A stretch of 43,586 bases of DNA, taken from contig NC_068981.1 in assembly GCF_001194135.2 (NCBI RefSeq), forward strand, positions 58,777,040 through 58,820,625, in the 5' to 3' direction. Numbering within the stretch: position 1 is the stretch's first letter; the number at the start of each line of letters is the position of its first letter. Under the pieces are notes generated by a model. It was not told where the DNA came from. It did not search any database and worked only from the letters and a program-made list of their open reading frames with translations. The translations under genes were made by a program, and so were the position numbers. Below are positions 21,828 through 35,601 of this stretch, one piece after another. Source of the DNA: Octopus bimaculoides (Eukaryota).

Positions 21828-24800
21828 GTAAGTCTCACACCAATAGCTAAACTCATATCGCCGCTACAGGTATCTATCTGTGTTAGCGATCTAACTCCTC
21901 GGCCATACAACTGTCAAAATACACACACGACTAAGTAGCAAAGTGAAAATTGACAACATTCATAAGTGTGTTTGTAAACATATATATGTACACACACAGA
22001 CGACTCTGTTATGTATGTAGAAAATGCTACTAATATACTTTCTAGCTGGCTAAAAATATTTCAACTACCTTTTTAAGACATCTGTATTACTTGTGTGCTG
22101 TGCAATATTCGATATTTAAGAAATGGATAATTTTAAATGAAATCTTATGTGTATAATTTTAATTCCTTAGAAATGTAATCTCATCTGATAAAAAAAAAAA
22201 AAAGAAACAAAAAACTTCAAACATTTCTCTCGGAATATTTCTTACGGAAATTACTCCAGCGTATTTTCAAACGAAATATCCTAGATTGAATAATACTACT
22301 TGTATCCGAATTATACTTTAAAATAAACTACTAATCTATTTACACTCGTTGCTACTGTCAAATATCTGACATTAACCCTGCTTTTCAGAAAATGAAAAAT
22401 TAACAAAGACATGAAAAGACGCTATAAAATAGCTTGACGAGCGTATGTATTGTAAATGTGTGCTCTGTATGCCTTTCTCAAGGACATTTTAAATGAAATG
22501 AAAAGGCTACAAATGAGATTAGAAACCGGACAACAGAATCAGTTTACCTGGAATAATTTGTCTTACTTCTTTGCTCACCACTCAGACTGACTGTTGATGA
22601 AATAAGGTGATTTCAGATAACATGAAAGAGTTAAAGAGTTTCTTTGAAACGAAATTTCAGAATTCCTTGGTGACCAATGTCAGTAATATAAGCTAGTTAT
22701 TTATCGTATAGTTTACTTCGCATCTAAACAAACTCTTTCAATGCCTGTTAGCTAATGGTCATAGGAAATGAATTTTTAACGTAAAAACATATTGAGCCAT
22801 TTATCGTAAATATATAAATATTCTTTGAAAATAACTTACGCAGTAGTTATAATAAAAACAATTTTGATTTGAATTTATTTAAATTCTGTTAAAATAACAT
22901 TTTTTTCTTTTGAAGGGGAAAACATTTTTTCGTCATATAATATTTATTAAATTAACTCTAGTAGGTACACATGAAATAAATGCCTGACAGTAAGGAAGCA
23001 ATAATTTACTATTTTACAATGACTCGGCAAAAGAAAAGTAAGGGAGATAATTACCATCTCCACAAGATGACAGATGGTCTAACTATACAACATAGTTGTT
23101 TAGCACCCTGCTCAAAGAGATCGACGAATGAATGGTCAAAGGCAGTCCAAGCCGTGACGATCGGGTCATTTCAAGGAAAACTATGACTACAGCATTTAAT
23201 GTTTACCATAAAAGATGTTAGGATGTGATTCGAGTGCGATTTGATTGCTATTTACTTATTGTTCGGCCAGTCTTATTTGGGGGTCGTCGAAATGATAGCT
23301 TTCATTTTTAACAAACGTTATACTATACTGATAATTTTGACTTTAAATATTGTACTTGTGTTTTGTTGTGCCCTGGAAGAATGCTTTAATCTAGCGTATC
23401 TCACTTTACCAAGCTATCTGCTAGAAAAGTTTGGGCATGTTGTCTGTATAATGGAATTGAAGGTTTAGATACCTGTGGAGTATCTCCTCCCATTATAATT
23501 GTTTTGTAGTTTCAAGGAGCTGGAATGGGTCACCGATTTGTGACGTCCGTGCGAAGCGAGGTGATGAGAATGGCTCCTTAGTACATCACACGGTCGATAC
23601 AATAAATATAAATAGAACAATGCATATATGTGTCAGAGAGGAAAAGCGACACAACCGGGTAGAATGTTTAAGAGAAAATTTATTGATATGTTAACATGTG
23701 TGATTGTGTGTGCATCATATATACAGAATAATAGACAGGCCGTCATTAGAATAAGATGTATGCGTATGTAGGCATAGATGTATGCACGTTAAGAACATAT
23801 AAAGATGGCAATGAAGAAGAGACGGTGAAAGAGTATATAGCCATTGAAGTGAGGAGTAAGTTCATAGACACAAGAATGATAAACACCAGTTCATAGTCAA
23901 TTGTACACGATAGTTGAAATACTGTATCAAGGAGTTGCGGCGATGATGCAGAGCTGGTTGCGGTACATGTCATAAGTGAAGTTGTGGCTGTGATGCTGCT
24001 GCCTGGGTCACTTGGTACAAGAGTTCTCGTATGTTGTGTATACGCTGTTGATCCATGGTGAAGTAGTTCATGAACAGTGCAATGTTGTAACCTGGGTGAG
24101 TTGCTTGTTGAGCTGTGTACGTAGAGAGATGTTGACGTTAGGACAAATGGTGGCGGCATAGATGGAGGTCTCTGAATGCTGTTGGACAAAGTTGATGAGT
24201 CTCCACGTGGCTGTTGTTGCTGGAACTGGCGGTGTCTTCTGTGGTCAGTGGCCAGACCTTAAAAGCTCTGCAACCAAAGACACCGAGATGAGGATAAGTT
24301 AGGTTTTTTATAAGGAGTTGTAGGCTCAGCTGAGGTAGAAAAACAAGCTGTCACACATGACCTTATTTGAAGGCTGTGATTGGTTGGGTTGCATATTGGC
24401 ACACGATAGAGCTTGAGTTGCTAACACTGACCGTTATGAGCTCACAAGAGCAAATATCCTTTTTGCATACCCTTGATGTAAGTTTATGAATGTATCTAAT
24501 AAGGTGAGTTCGAATGCACACTCACCAGCNNNNNNNNNNCCCCCCAATTATTAGTTTGAGGAAGGCAAGGCATATTTTATCATATTAACTTTTCTATGTC
24601 AGAGGGTGGGGCAGAACTGGATGAATTATTTATAGATATTCTTCAGTTTTAAGTCTTAAAATTTAGTGGTAGAGGAGAAAACTTGTGTAGGAAAGATATT
24701 CTTGGGAGATTCATTCCCAGAAAATGATGGCTTAAACAATTAGCATGACACTGAATCCTGCTGAATTTTATTCATTATGATTCCGGAGTGGGGGTGATGA

Positions 24801-25158
24801 AATATAAAGCATGTACCAGTGTTGATTCGATCATCTGTGAACTTGCCCTTCAGATTCGTGGCTTGTAAAGATGGTTTAGTGAGTGCATGAGAAGATATAT
24901 GGTTACTGAGTTCAGAATAACCTGTTTATTTGTCCTTGAAAACAGTTTATGTTCAGTTTCAGTTGATTAATCGTCTTGTATTACTATTTTATCCCCATGT
25001 ATCTAAACTGTAGCTGTCAATGTGTAGACTTATAACAAACCCTATTGCATAACTATAGGGGTTTGTTATAACATTCTGGGGGTCACAGATTGTTTTGAAA
25101 ACAAATAGTTGGGTATGAGAATTCTGTATATAGTTTTATGTTAACTATGAAAATAAAC

Positions 25159-25194
<36 letters not shown>

Positions 25195-25197
25195 ATG

Positions 25198-25230
<33 letters not shown>

Positions 25231-27258
25231 ACTTCAGAATTAGAGCTAGAAGGACTTAGAAAAATAAACCAGTCTGGAAAGGGAAGTTATGAAAGCTCAA
25301 GGACCAAGTAAACCAAAATAAATTTAGAGATATTCCAATGGAAGCTTCTGACGTGGTGAAGACAAATTGCTTAGAGGACAATTGAAAGTTCCTGTGGGTC
25401 AACCTACTGAGGGTGCAGACCAAATCTGTGGCTGGTGCAAAGGCCCAGCCAGCCTGAGGGTCACATGGTGGTGGAACAAGGAGGTAGACATTGCTATAAA
25501 AGCAAAGAGACAGGCCTGAAAAGACTGGAGAAACAGTTGTTGAAAATTATATCAGATAGCCAGAAGGGAAGCTAGGTGACAAGTTTACATAGCAAAAGGG
25601 AAAAGCAGAAAGTGAGAGATTTGCTAATGAGGATCAGAAACTTGAGGTGTTCCAGATTGCAAAGCAGTGTATCGGAGAGGATACTGATGTTGTGGGTGAG
25701 AAATATGTGCAAATGGATAATAGAATACTTGCATTTAGTGATTCAGAGAAGAAAAATGCATGTATGTGCTGCTATGAACGGTTGCTAAGTGTGGGAAATG
25801 CATGGGAAAAGGAGAGTCTTTTGTGTACAAGTAGGAGTCTTTCAAATATAGAACTGAGGGACCAGTCATTAGAGTTGACAGCAGTATGATAAATAAGGCA
25901 ATTAAAGATATGAAGACAGGGAAAACTCCTGGACCATCAAGAATAACTGCTGAGGTACTTAAACTATCTGGTGTAGGATATAGTTAGCTGCTACAAGGGT
26001 AAAGGTGATGCCTTAAATAGAAACAACTACAGAGGTATCAAACTGCTGGACCAGATCATAAAACTTACAGAGAGTTATAGCTTAATTGATTAGGAATAGA
26101 ATTAAACTAGATGAGATACAGTTTGATTTTCTACCTGGAAAGTGTACTACAGATGGCATGTTCCTAATGAGACAGTTGCAGGAGATGTATCTGGTCAAAA
26201 GTAAACTATTGTACTTGCCTTTTGTCAAACTGGAGAAAACTTTTGACAGAGTCCCTTGCTTTTTTATCTGGTGGTCTCTAAGAAAGTTAGTAGATGAGTG
26301 ACTTGTTAGAGCTGTACAAGCCATGTATAGTGATATTGTCAGTAAGGTGGGAATTGGCCATGAGTACAGTGACAAATTTTGTGTACAAGTAGGAGTTGAC
26401 AAAATGTGCAGTCATGCACAAAATGACAGCTTTGAAATTGTGTTTCTTGACTGGGTGAGTGAAAATGATCAAACTTTAAACCTCTATAACTTTATAAAAA
26501 CATTTTTCTGGAAAAAGTTGAAAAACTCCAGCAATTTAGCTTGGAAAGGTATATTAATGTGCCAAATTAAAAAATTTTTGATAAACTTTAATTTTTGAAA
26601 TGTTTGCAGCCAAATGAACTAGATCCATATTTGCTCCAGTAAAGACGTGTCATCTGACTCTGCTCTATTGACTTCTTCTCTTTGGGAATACCATATTGCC
26701 TTTCTGATGCCATCTGTAGAAATTCGTTTTCACATTTTCACTTTACTGATACCTCCATTCAAGAAAATTTGTTGACAATACAGTTGTGATTATTTATCAT
26801 TTCGATTTATTCCCTCTCCTCAGAACTGTCAGTTACCAATGTGCCTTCTTTGCCATCAAACATTGACCAACAAAGCAATGAAACCTTCATGCTTGATGTA
26901 TCACTTTGATGCAAAGCATTCTGACAAGAAGGACAAGCCGTTGTCATACTTTTTGTAACTGAGCACCTCTTTCAAAAAGCAAACTTTGAAATTCTGGACT
27001 GATTCAACCTCAACTTGGTTATTTAGCATTATATCAACACAGACACTCCTTGACTTATCAACTGATTGTGAGTTTATCTGTGGGATGGGTAATGGTAGCA
27101 ATATTTTATATACATTACTAGTATTATGTTATACATTTTATTTTATGCATTATTGTATGCAATAACGATATCTTTTATTTGTTCTTTCTTTAATTTGTTG
27201 AATGTGTATGTATGTGTATAAATTTATATATGTGTGTGTGTATATATCTGTGTGTGTG

Positions 27259-27310
<52 letters not shown>

Positions 27311-30300
27311 NNNNNNNNNNTATATATATACAATTAAACCTTGGGAGAGGCATTATGCCGGTAATAAACATATTATACATACCTCAACTTGGTTATTTAG
27401 TAAAGATTTATCACAAAAGTCACAGTAATATCTTTCCCCCATGATTACCAGATAGTTAGAAACAACAACGATGTTTCGTTAAATAAAAACAATTAATTTT
27501 AAACATTGAGACGAAGGATGAAAATATCAATTAACCACGATGCTTATATTTTGTATCTCCTTCAGTAGAGAGCCCACTGTTTCGTTTTTCGCTAATTTTG
27601 TATTTGTTACTGATTCACTAATGATAGCATCCTTGTACAAGGCTTGTACAGCTCTCACCAACCACTCATTTATGACTAACTTTCACATTGACCACCAGAT
27701 GAGGGAGTGGGGAATCCCATGAAAAGCCTTTGCCATATTGATGTATAGAGGTTTATTTTTGGCTAAATGCTGCTCCTGCAGTTGCCTTACCAGAAAGATA
27801 GCATCAGTAGTGCTTCTTCCTGGCACTAAACCAAACTGCATCTCATCTAGGTTAACCCTCTTCCTAATTAGTTGAGTTTTGACCCTCTATAACTTTCATG
27901 ACCGAGTCCAACAATTTCATAGCCAATACATGTAACACTCATTTGACCCACTTCACTAAGCTGTAAATAGGTATTACTGATTAAAATGGTTCATTACTGT
28001 ATGCTTAGCTATCAGGAATAAGTGTTAGGGCATGTGGGAATGTTATATATGATACACTAACGTTCTGACTGTCAAGGGTCTCTCAGGGCTTTGGAGGGGT
28101 AAACATTTTATTGGAACATTCTTTACTGGATGAAAGTACAAATTTAATCATTATGTAAATTAGAACTCTTGACAGTGAGGTAGCAAACTAGATATGATAA
28201 AGTATCTGCTATCTTTGCTACTTTAATACTTTACACAAACCAACACTTAAGGTGGTAACCACCATACAGTAGAACTTAATCTCCTGGCTAACATAATTTT
28301 TGATTCTTTTTTGATTTCTGGTTCAAGCTAGTTCACATTGTTAATGTTCTTTCAAATGAGCATGAATGTTACAGCACAACAGTTTCTGTTTCATGTAAAA
28401 ATTTCAGGTTTATACCTCATATAAGAAAAACGATGGTTTAACATAGTCTGCCAAGGGGGCCCTCTATATTATCAATTGTCCTGCTAGAAATAGCGTCCTC
28501 ATCTCCCTCAGTGTATCAGTGTATCCTCTTATCTTAAAGAAGGACCACATTAGATAATGTAGTCTTGTGTATGCAAAGATACAGATGATTGTGTCTGGAA
28601 TGTCTGTGATCACAGGTCTACTCCATCATTACTGACCTGGGGTTTGAGAAGGAAGTTTGGATTGCTAGAAAGATCAGGCAAATCTCTCTTGAATCACACT
28701 CTATGGTATTAAAAAAAGATGACATTGAATAATGCAACCTGTGATAAACTCTCTGAAAAGGGTGGTGGTAACTAGCACCTCTTTGGTTGTAGGACACCTT
28801 GATTGAGGCTGTCTTGGGCTTAACATTAACAACATTGAATATAAACAGTGTAGGTTTCTTATCACTATAAAAGGTTACAAATATATATGGAAGAGGAAAT
28901 ATAGTCAATATAATTAACCTTAGTATATACTTGATACCTATTTTATCATTGGTTAAAAAAGTGGTATCTAAACTCAAAGCATAGACATCAATTTAAATGC
29001 TGTATGCCATTTAATGTAATGTTCTACTGTGTTTGTCAATTCATTGCCTATTTATCAAATAATATTGATTTGTTTTATAGGAACAAGGCCTTAAATTTAT
29101 AAATGAGGAAAGAGTAAATGAGATTGTGTATGTGTGTTATCCATGCTTCTTTTTCAAGGAGTTGCTCACTAAATTTCAAACTTATTATCAATGTTAGTTG
29201 AAAACATTAAAATTTTCTTTTTCTCCTCTCTCATTTCAAGGTAAACAAATTGATGGTATATGGCATACTGCTATAGTTGTTTTTGGCATGGAATACTATT
29301 TTGGAGCAAATGGAATTTCTTATTGTGAACCGGTAAGGGATCCATTTTTGTTTTTATATCTTAAGACTTACAGCATTTTGTTGGAAAAAAAAGAGGTTTG
29401 ATCAGATAACATTTTTTGTATTGTTACAACTGAGTGCATTCCTATCTTGAAACTGAAAGTTTGAGGAGTCCTTGCTTTGTGGTTTAACTCACTAGAAATA
29501 GCCAAATCTCTCTCATATCACACACTATCTTAAATTTTTTAAAGATGGTGGATTGAATATGTTTCAAAGCTTATTCAGTTATGATCGAAGAAGGCTACTG
29601 GTTGTCAGAACTTCTTTTTTCTGTTTCTGGTGTTGTTTAACCCTGATCAAGTAGACCTATAGTCAAAGACAATGTTTCTAAGCTCTACTGGTATACACAT
29701 TCATAGTGTCACTGTATTGGTATCACAATACAGCTACTGCAAATTAGTTACTGCATTGGTGCACATCAAGATATTGCTCATTTTATAAAATACAATTGTT
29801 TTGGCTATCATGCATTTCTGTTATTTTCCAAAATTGAAGATAGGTTCCCCATCCCAAATAATGACATAACATGCATTCCTGCCTTATTCAATGACTGTAC
29901 CATTTCACATTCTATATGAAATGATTCCATTTAAAATGGAATAATTATATTAAAAATGAGAATAAAAAATGCAGCATTTTGCTTTAATTATTTGTGTATG
30001 ACTAATAATTAACAGATTTTTGCATTATATCATTCCAGTCATTGTCAATTTATTCACTAAATTTATGTTTTATTTATTTCCAACAAAATACTCATACTAT
30101 ATAGTAATATGCATTTTGGAAATAAATGATATATAAATAAACTTAGTGAATAAATTGACAATGAATGGAATGATATAATGCAAAAATATGTTTATAATTA
30201 GTAATACACAAATTAATGATACACAAATAATTATTAGTGATACACAAATAAATTAAAGCAAAATGCTGTATTTTTTATTCTCATTTTGAATGGAATTATT

Positions 30301-33300
30301 CTGTTTTAGATGAAATTATTCTGTTTTGGGTGGAATTATTCCGTTTTAGGTGGAATTATTCCGTTTTAGGTGGAATTATTCCGTTTTAGATGGAATTATT
30401 CTCATATTGAATATGAAATGGTATATATCTGGGAAGTTATCAAAATGTCAATAGGGGCAGGAGTGACAACTTAGATGTTTGTTGAAACTCTTTTTACATA
30501 AGGATGTATATTAAGATAAAAATTCGTTATATCTTGCTTGCTCCAGTTTTGTGTTCATTAAAAATTTCAATTATTTCCATTTTTGAAGGCCCAAACAATC
30601 ATAGGACAACCAGACACAATAAAAAATCTTGGGACAACCAGCATTAGCTGTGATGTATTTACAGACTTTTTATATGGTCTATCGAATGATCAGTTCAAGT
30701 AAGTTTGTCTTTATTTTATCTTATAATTGTGATACATTACTGATTTTAAAAAATTGTTCAAACCTTCAGCTTAGCTCCATATTAACTCTGTTTGGCAGGC
30801 CTACAAAATAATCAGTTGTGATTAGAGACTCATTTACCTTTCCTCATAAAAAAAATGAGTTGACATCACAAACTGTGAAGAAGGGCAATCTACTTTGAAG
30901 AGTAGCTCTTTTGAAGCGGATTCTATCTATTTTAGTCCACAGAGAGGAAAGAATTCCTCTCAGGCAAGTGTAGGCTGACTGAATGGACCTAGTCTCAGTA
31001 TACTGATATAGGTGCATACTCCTAGTAGTCAGAATAATCTTGGGGTTATGGAGGGTGGGTTCTTGATTAGCTCTGAATGGCAGTCCTGCATCACATACTT
31101 AAATATTATTTATACTGTCACTCTTCATGATTTCACTTTTTGTAACCTGCCCCTGTAATGTTCCCTATTTCTTTGCTTTGTGGCAGTGGTAAAAAAAAAA
31201 AAATTATGATTAGGGGTATTGGATTGCCATAGTTATTAGGGAATCAGAAAAATGCCTTTTGGCATTTCTTTTAGTTCTGTATGTTCCAAGATCAAATCTG
31301 CTGATATCATCTTTGGCTTTCATCTTTTCAAAGTCAATATAATAAAGTGCCAGTCAAGTACTTGGGTTGATGTAATCGACTAACACTCTCTCTTTAAAAT
31401 TGTGACCTTGCACTTAAATTAGAAACAATTATTGTTAACTTTGTATTTATGTTCCTTTTGTTGTTGTTTGATATTTGTTTATAATGTGCAGTCTTTCAGC
31501 AATTAAAATGTTAGTTCCTACATTTTAATTTTTCTTTGCTATAAACCTTTCAAATAATCTATTACCTGTTTGTTAGATACCGGCACTCTATTCTATGTTA
31601 TTTGATATCAACATTCTACTCTTCATATTGCTCTCTTTGACAGACCTGAGAGGTACAACCTATTTGACCATAACTGTAACACATTTAGCAATGAAGTTGC
31701 ACAGTTTTTGACTGGTAACAAAATTCCCTCATACATCATTGATTTACCTGCTGAAGTTGCTAACACGTAAGTTTATCTTTTTACTTTATTTTTAGTTTTT
31801 TTTTCTCTTGATCCTTTTATTTATTTATGCAATATGTAACTCCTTAAGAAGACTTAAATAACAAAGTATTTTACTCCATTTCACATGCATACATTTGGTT
31901 GGCTTCAACCTAGTTACATGTACCAAATTTCATTCTCAGGCTATTGTAGAAGGTACTTGCCCAAAGTGCTGTGCAGTTTTTTGGAACCCAGAACCACATG
32001 GTTGCAGTGAATTTTTTAGCCACACAATCATACTTGCACAATATGTATATTTCCACATAATTATATTTTGCTCTTATAACCAGTTCATGCACACATACAC
32101 TGCCACACATGCACACATCTATATTGGTGCGATTTAATTTAACCAGTATGTACAAACACAATCAATATGAAGCCTTTATGTAGGAGCTCACCCTCTAGAA
32201 ATAGCAGCCACATTTCCTTTAATTCATACCCTACTGACTTAAAAAAAGACAGGAATGCTACATTTGGAAGCATTTTTGATAAGTCTGCTTCATCCCAGTT
32301 GACCTGGGGCTAATCAGTGTCCTAAACAAGTGGCTATAGACATACATGGCAGTAACATGTTCCATGCCATAACACGCTAATTATATGAGTTAATAAGAGC
32401 GGATCTATGTTTTGGTAAACCTATCTGAAATTATACTCCACCATCATTTAAAATGGAAGAACATATTAAATAATGTAAACCAAAATACATTAAATTTTAC
32501 AAAATACAAAAAATCAGTGCTAGAGTGTTTCATCATAGGTCTGTTTTGTCTGGACTGACTTGAAGCTAATCAACAACAACCACATCTGCTCAGCAGTATG
32601 CTATTACACTCAAGCTAGCAAGCTGGCAGAATCATTAGCATGCTGGGCAAAATGCTTAGTGGCATTTTGTTTATCTTTACATTCTGAGTTCAAATTTTGC
32701 CGAGGTCAACTTTACCTTTCGGGGGTTGATAACATAAGTACCAGTTTATCTATGGGGTTGATGTAATCGACTTACTGCCTCAGCTGAACTTGCTGGCTTG
32801 TGCCAAAATTTGAAAATATTATGCTATAACACTCTATATTAACTCAAGTCTATGTCACATCTTCATGTATACTGTACTGCACCATACTATCATGCACTTT
32901 TACTAACTCAGTGCTCCACCCCACCATACTATCTTGCATTGTACTGAGAAATTCTTTATCTCCTTCAATCTATTATATCTGATATGGACTGGGTATGTAT
33001 TCTAATACACACAGTGTTTATGACAAAAAAACATGTAGTCCAGTGTGTCTATAATAGCCTGTATAGTCATATACTCATACAGTGTGTATATAACTAAAAC
33101 ATGTGGTCCAGTGTGTCAAGAGCACTCTGGTGAAATATTCTATGTCTGTCTACAGACATCTGTGTGTGTGAGAGAGAGAGAGTTGGTTAGATGAAACTAT
33201 ACTGCTTTCTCATCTTAATGCATTGTTTCATAAGTGTTCTCAAATAGCCTTCCTTCCTGTACGTGTACATAAAATTGATGTTTGATAACCTCATTGTACT

Positions 33301-35558
33301 CAACTTCATGAACCTTGATTATTAAATGTTCTGCTAATGAGCTGCTGCTGTTTTTTTTAATATACACTAATCAATATTTTGTCTGCAACAATCAATTACT
33401 CTGACCAGTCAACAATTTAAGACTCACTTACACTAAGAACTAAATGAACATATGCTTGCATGCGTGCATTAGCATTCATTTCAAGTTACAGAAAAAACAA
33501 AACCAAGCTAATTGCATTTGGTTGTTTTACTTGGTGTTCTTGATATTGCCCAGTACTTCACTTCAAATCTGTTTTATGCACCTAATTTGGTTCTGTATTG
33601 AATTAATCAAGGAATCAAACAGGAAAGCAACTTACTTGTCTATATATAAATTCATCAGAATAGATATTATTCACTCCTTGATTAAAACTATCTAATAAAG
33701 AGAAAACTGTTTTTACCTTTTATTCCATGAAATATCCAAGTGATTCTATTTGGAAGGAGAATCACCTCTATTTAAGCAGAATGTTGTCTGTCTCCAAATT
33801 AGTTCTGACTGAGCAGTTTTATGATCAAAGGCATTCCAACCTTGATGATCCTGTCCCATCTCTTCAGACACAGTGTATCCAGAACTACATTGTTCAATAT
33901 GTCCATTTTCAAGGGGTAGTGTGCAACTTGAATGAGATTTGACTGCTGTTGTAATCAAATATTCCAGCTGCGATCATCCTATTTTTTTTGTAGATGTATA
34001 TAGAACTACCTTATCCAGAGCATTCTCCCATTCCTTTTAAAAGGGGTAATTTGAAGGAGATTTAGTTCTTATTTTTAGCAAGTTAAGTGAAAATATGGAG
34101 GCTTCAAGTATGTAGAATTGAATATATTGCACATTCATACAGCGATATATCTGAAGACGCAAGAACTGGGAAAGTTGTAACTTTTCAGAAGTTACCAACT
34201 GGTTGATAGGTTTATTCAAGCTTTTGGCTTATTTTCCAAGCACCATGTCTAGGTGTTGACTGGACATGATGCTTGTGTATTCCAATATTATGATATTTTA
34301 AAAATGCTTCTGTACAATTTTCATTGTTTCCATTATTTTTAAATATTAATATTTAAATAAAGCTACTATGATTATTAAATATTATATGTTAATTTTATTA
34401 AATATTTTTTTTTAAGGCCCCTTGGCAGCATGATGAAATCCATGTCAAACAGTATTGCTGTTCAACCAAGTGGTGGCAAAACTTTGTTTAGTTCTTCATC
34501 CTCCTCATCATCATCACCTTCCCCTCAGTTACAGTATAATTCACTTGCATGGAACTCTGCCCCTAAAAATACTAACTCAAATTCAGCTACATTCTCTCCT
34601 GTGACATATCCCTCTTCTGAAGTAAGTATGTGATCAAACTCATTATGTTGATGATTAAAAATATGTAACATTCTGAACTATTTTTGTTTTATTTGCACAG
34701 CTTTGTACATTATTTTAAAGTTCCAAACTTCATCATTAGTGGTATAAAGAATCAGAACTGTCTTTTGGTTTACATTTTAGCTGTTTCATATGAGTTCCGG
34801 ATGTAGTATTTCTAGACTCATGTCTATAGTATTGTAGATTAATTTTAAATGTTCTTGTAATCATTTTTGAAATTACCTATTCAGCCTCACCTGACCCCTT
34901 GTCAGCACAATTCCAATGTACCCTCTATGTTGTCTGATTTTGTCACCCACATCAATAATGTAGGAATGGACTATGTGAGTGGAGTCCAAAGCAGATGCAT
35001 TGCAGAAGCATTGTGATGGCATATGGCTCAATTGAAGTGAAAGGGTTTTGAAGTTGTTATGAATTATTGCTATTTTGGTTGTTTAGTCACAGATCAGCTC
35101 TGGTCAAGCATATCTCTGATCAAAGCAATGATCATTCCATTATCTTTTGAGACATTGTGTCAAGTCTAAATATAATCTTCCTTTTTGTAAGATGGTAAGC
35201 TGTGGTTTGAGAGAAATTTCGTTGCTATTTGTAGTTGTCAAAATGATCATATTGATGGTGCTAGTAATAAGACAAGTGTGGAAGCATCCACTTGAATGAG
35301 GAGAATATACACCATATTAATCTTATGACCACAGTTAGAAACACTGAGTGACTTTATTCAAATATATTTATAATAGGTGCAGGCATGGGTGTGTGATGAC
35401 AAAATCTGCTTTATTATCATATAGTTTTGAATTTAATCCCACTGCATGACACTTTGGCTAAATATCTTCTACTATTCTACTATAAGTTTAGGCTTTATGA
35501 GTGGAATTGGGATAAAAACTGAGGCAGCTAGTCATGTGTGTGTGTGTGTGTGTGTTTG

Positions 35559-35601
<43 letters not shown>

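Noticed and set aside
23746-24189. 147-aa Ser/Thr-rich ORF as a host gene or env
   Set aside because: Low complexity, no motif, lies inside a probable solo LTR
28618-28977. 119-aa minus ORF as an RT fragment
   Set aside because: Only a vague resemblance with no convincing motif. Left unannotated.
30293-30400. 20-bp tandem repeat (and the 65-bp units at 35943-36145) as a CRISPR-like array
   Set aside because: No unique spacers, eukaryotic context, and explained by a MITE and a SINE
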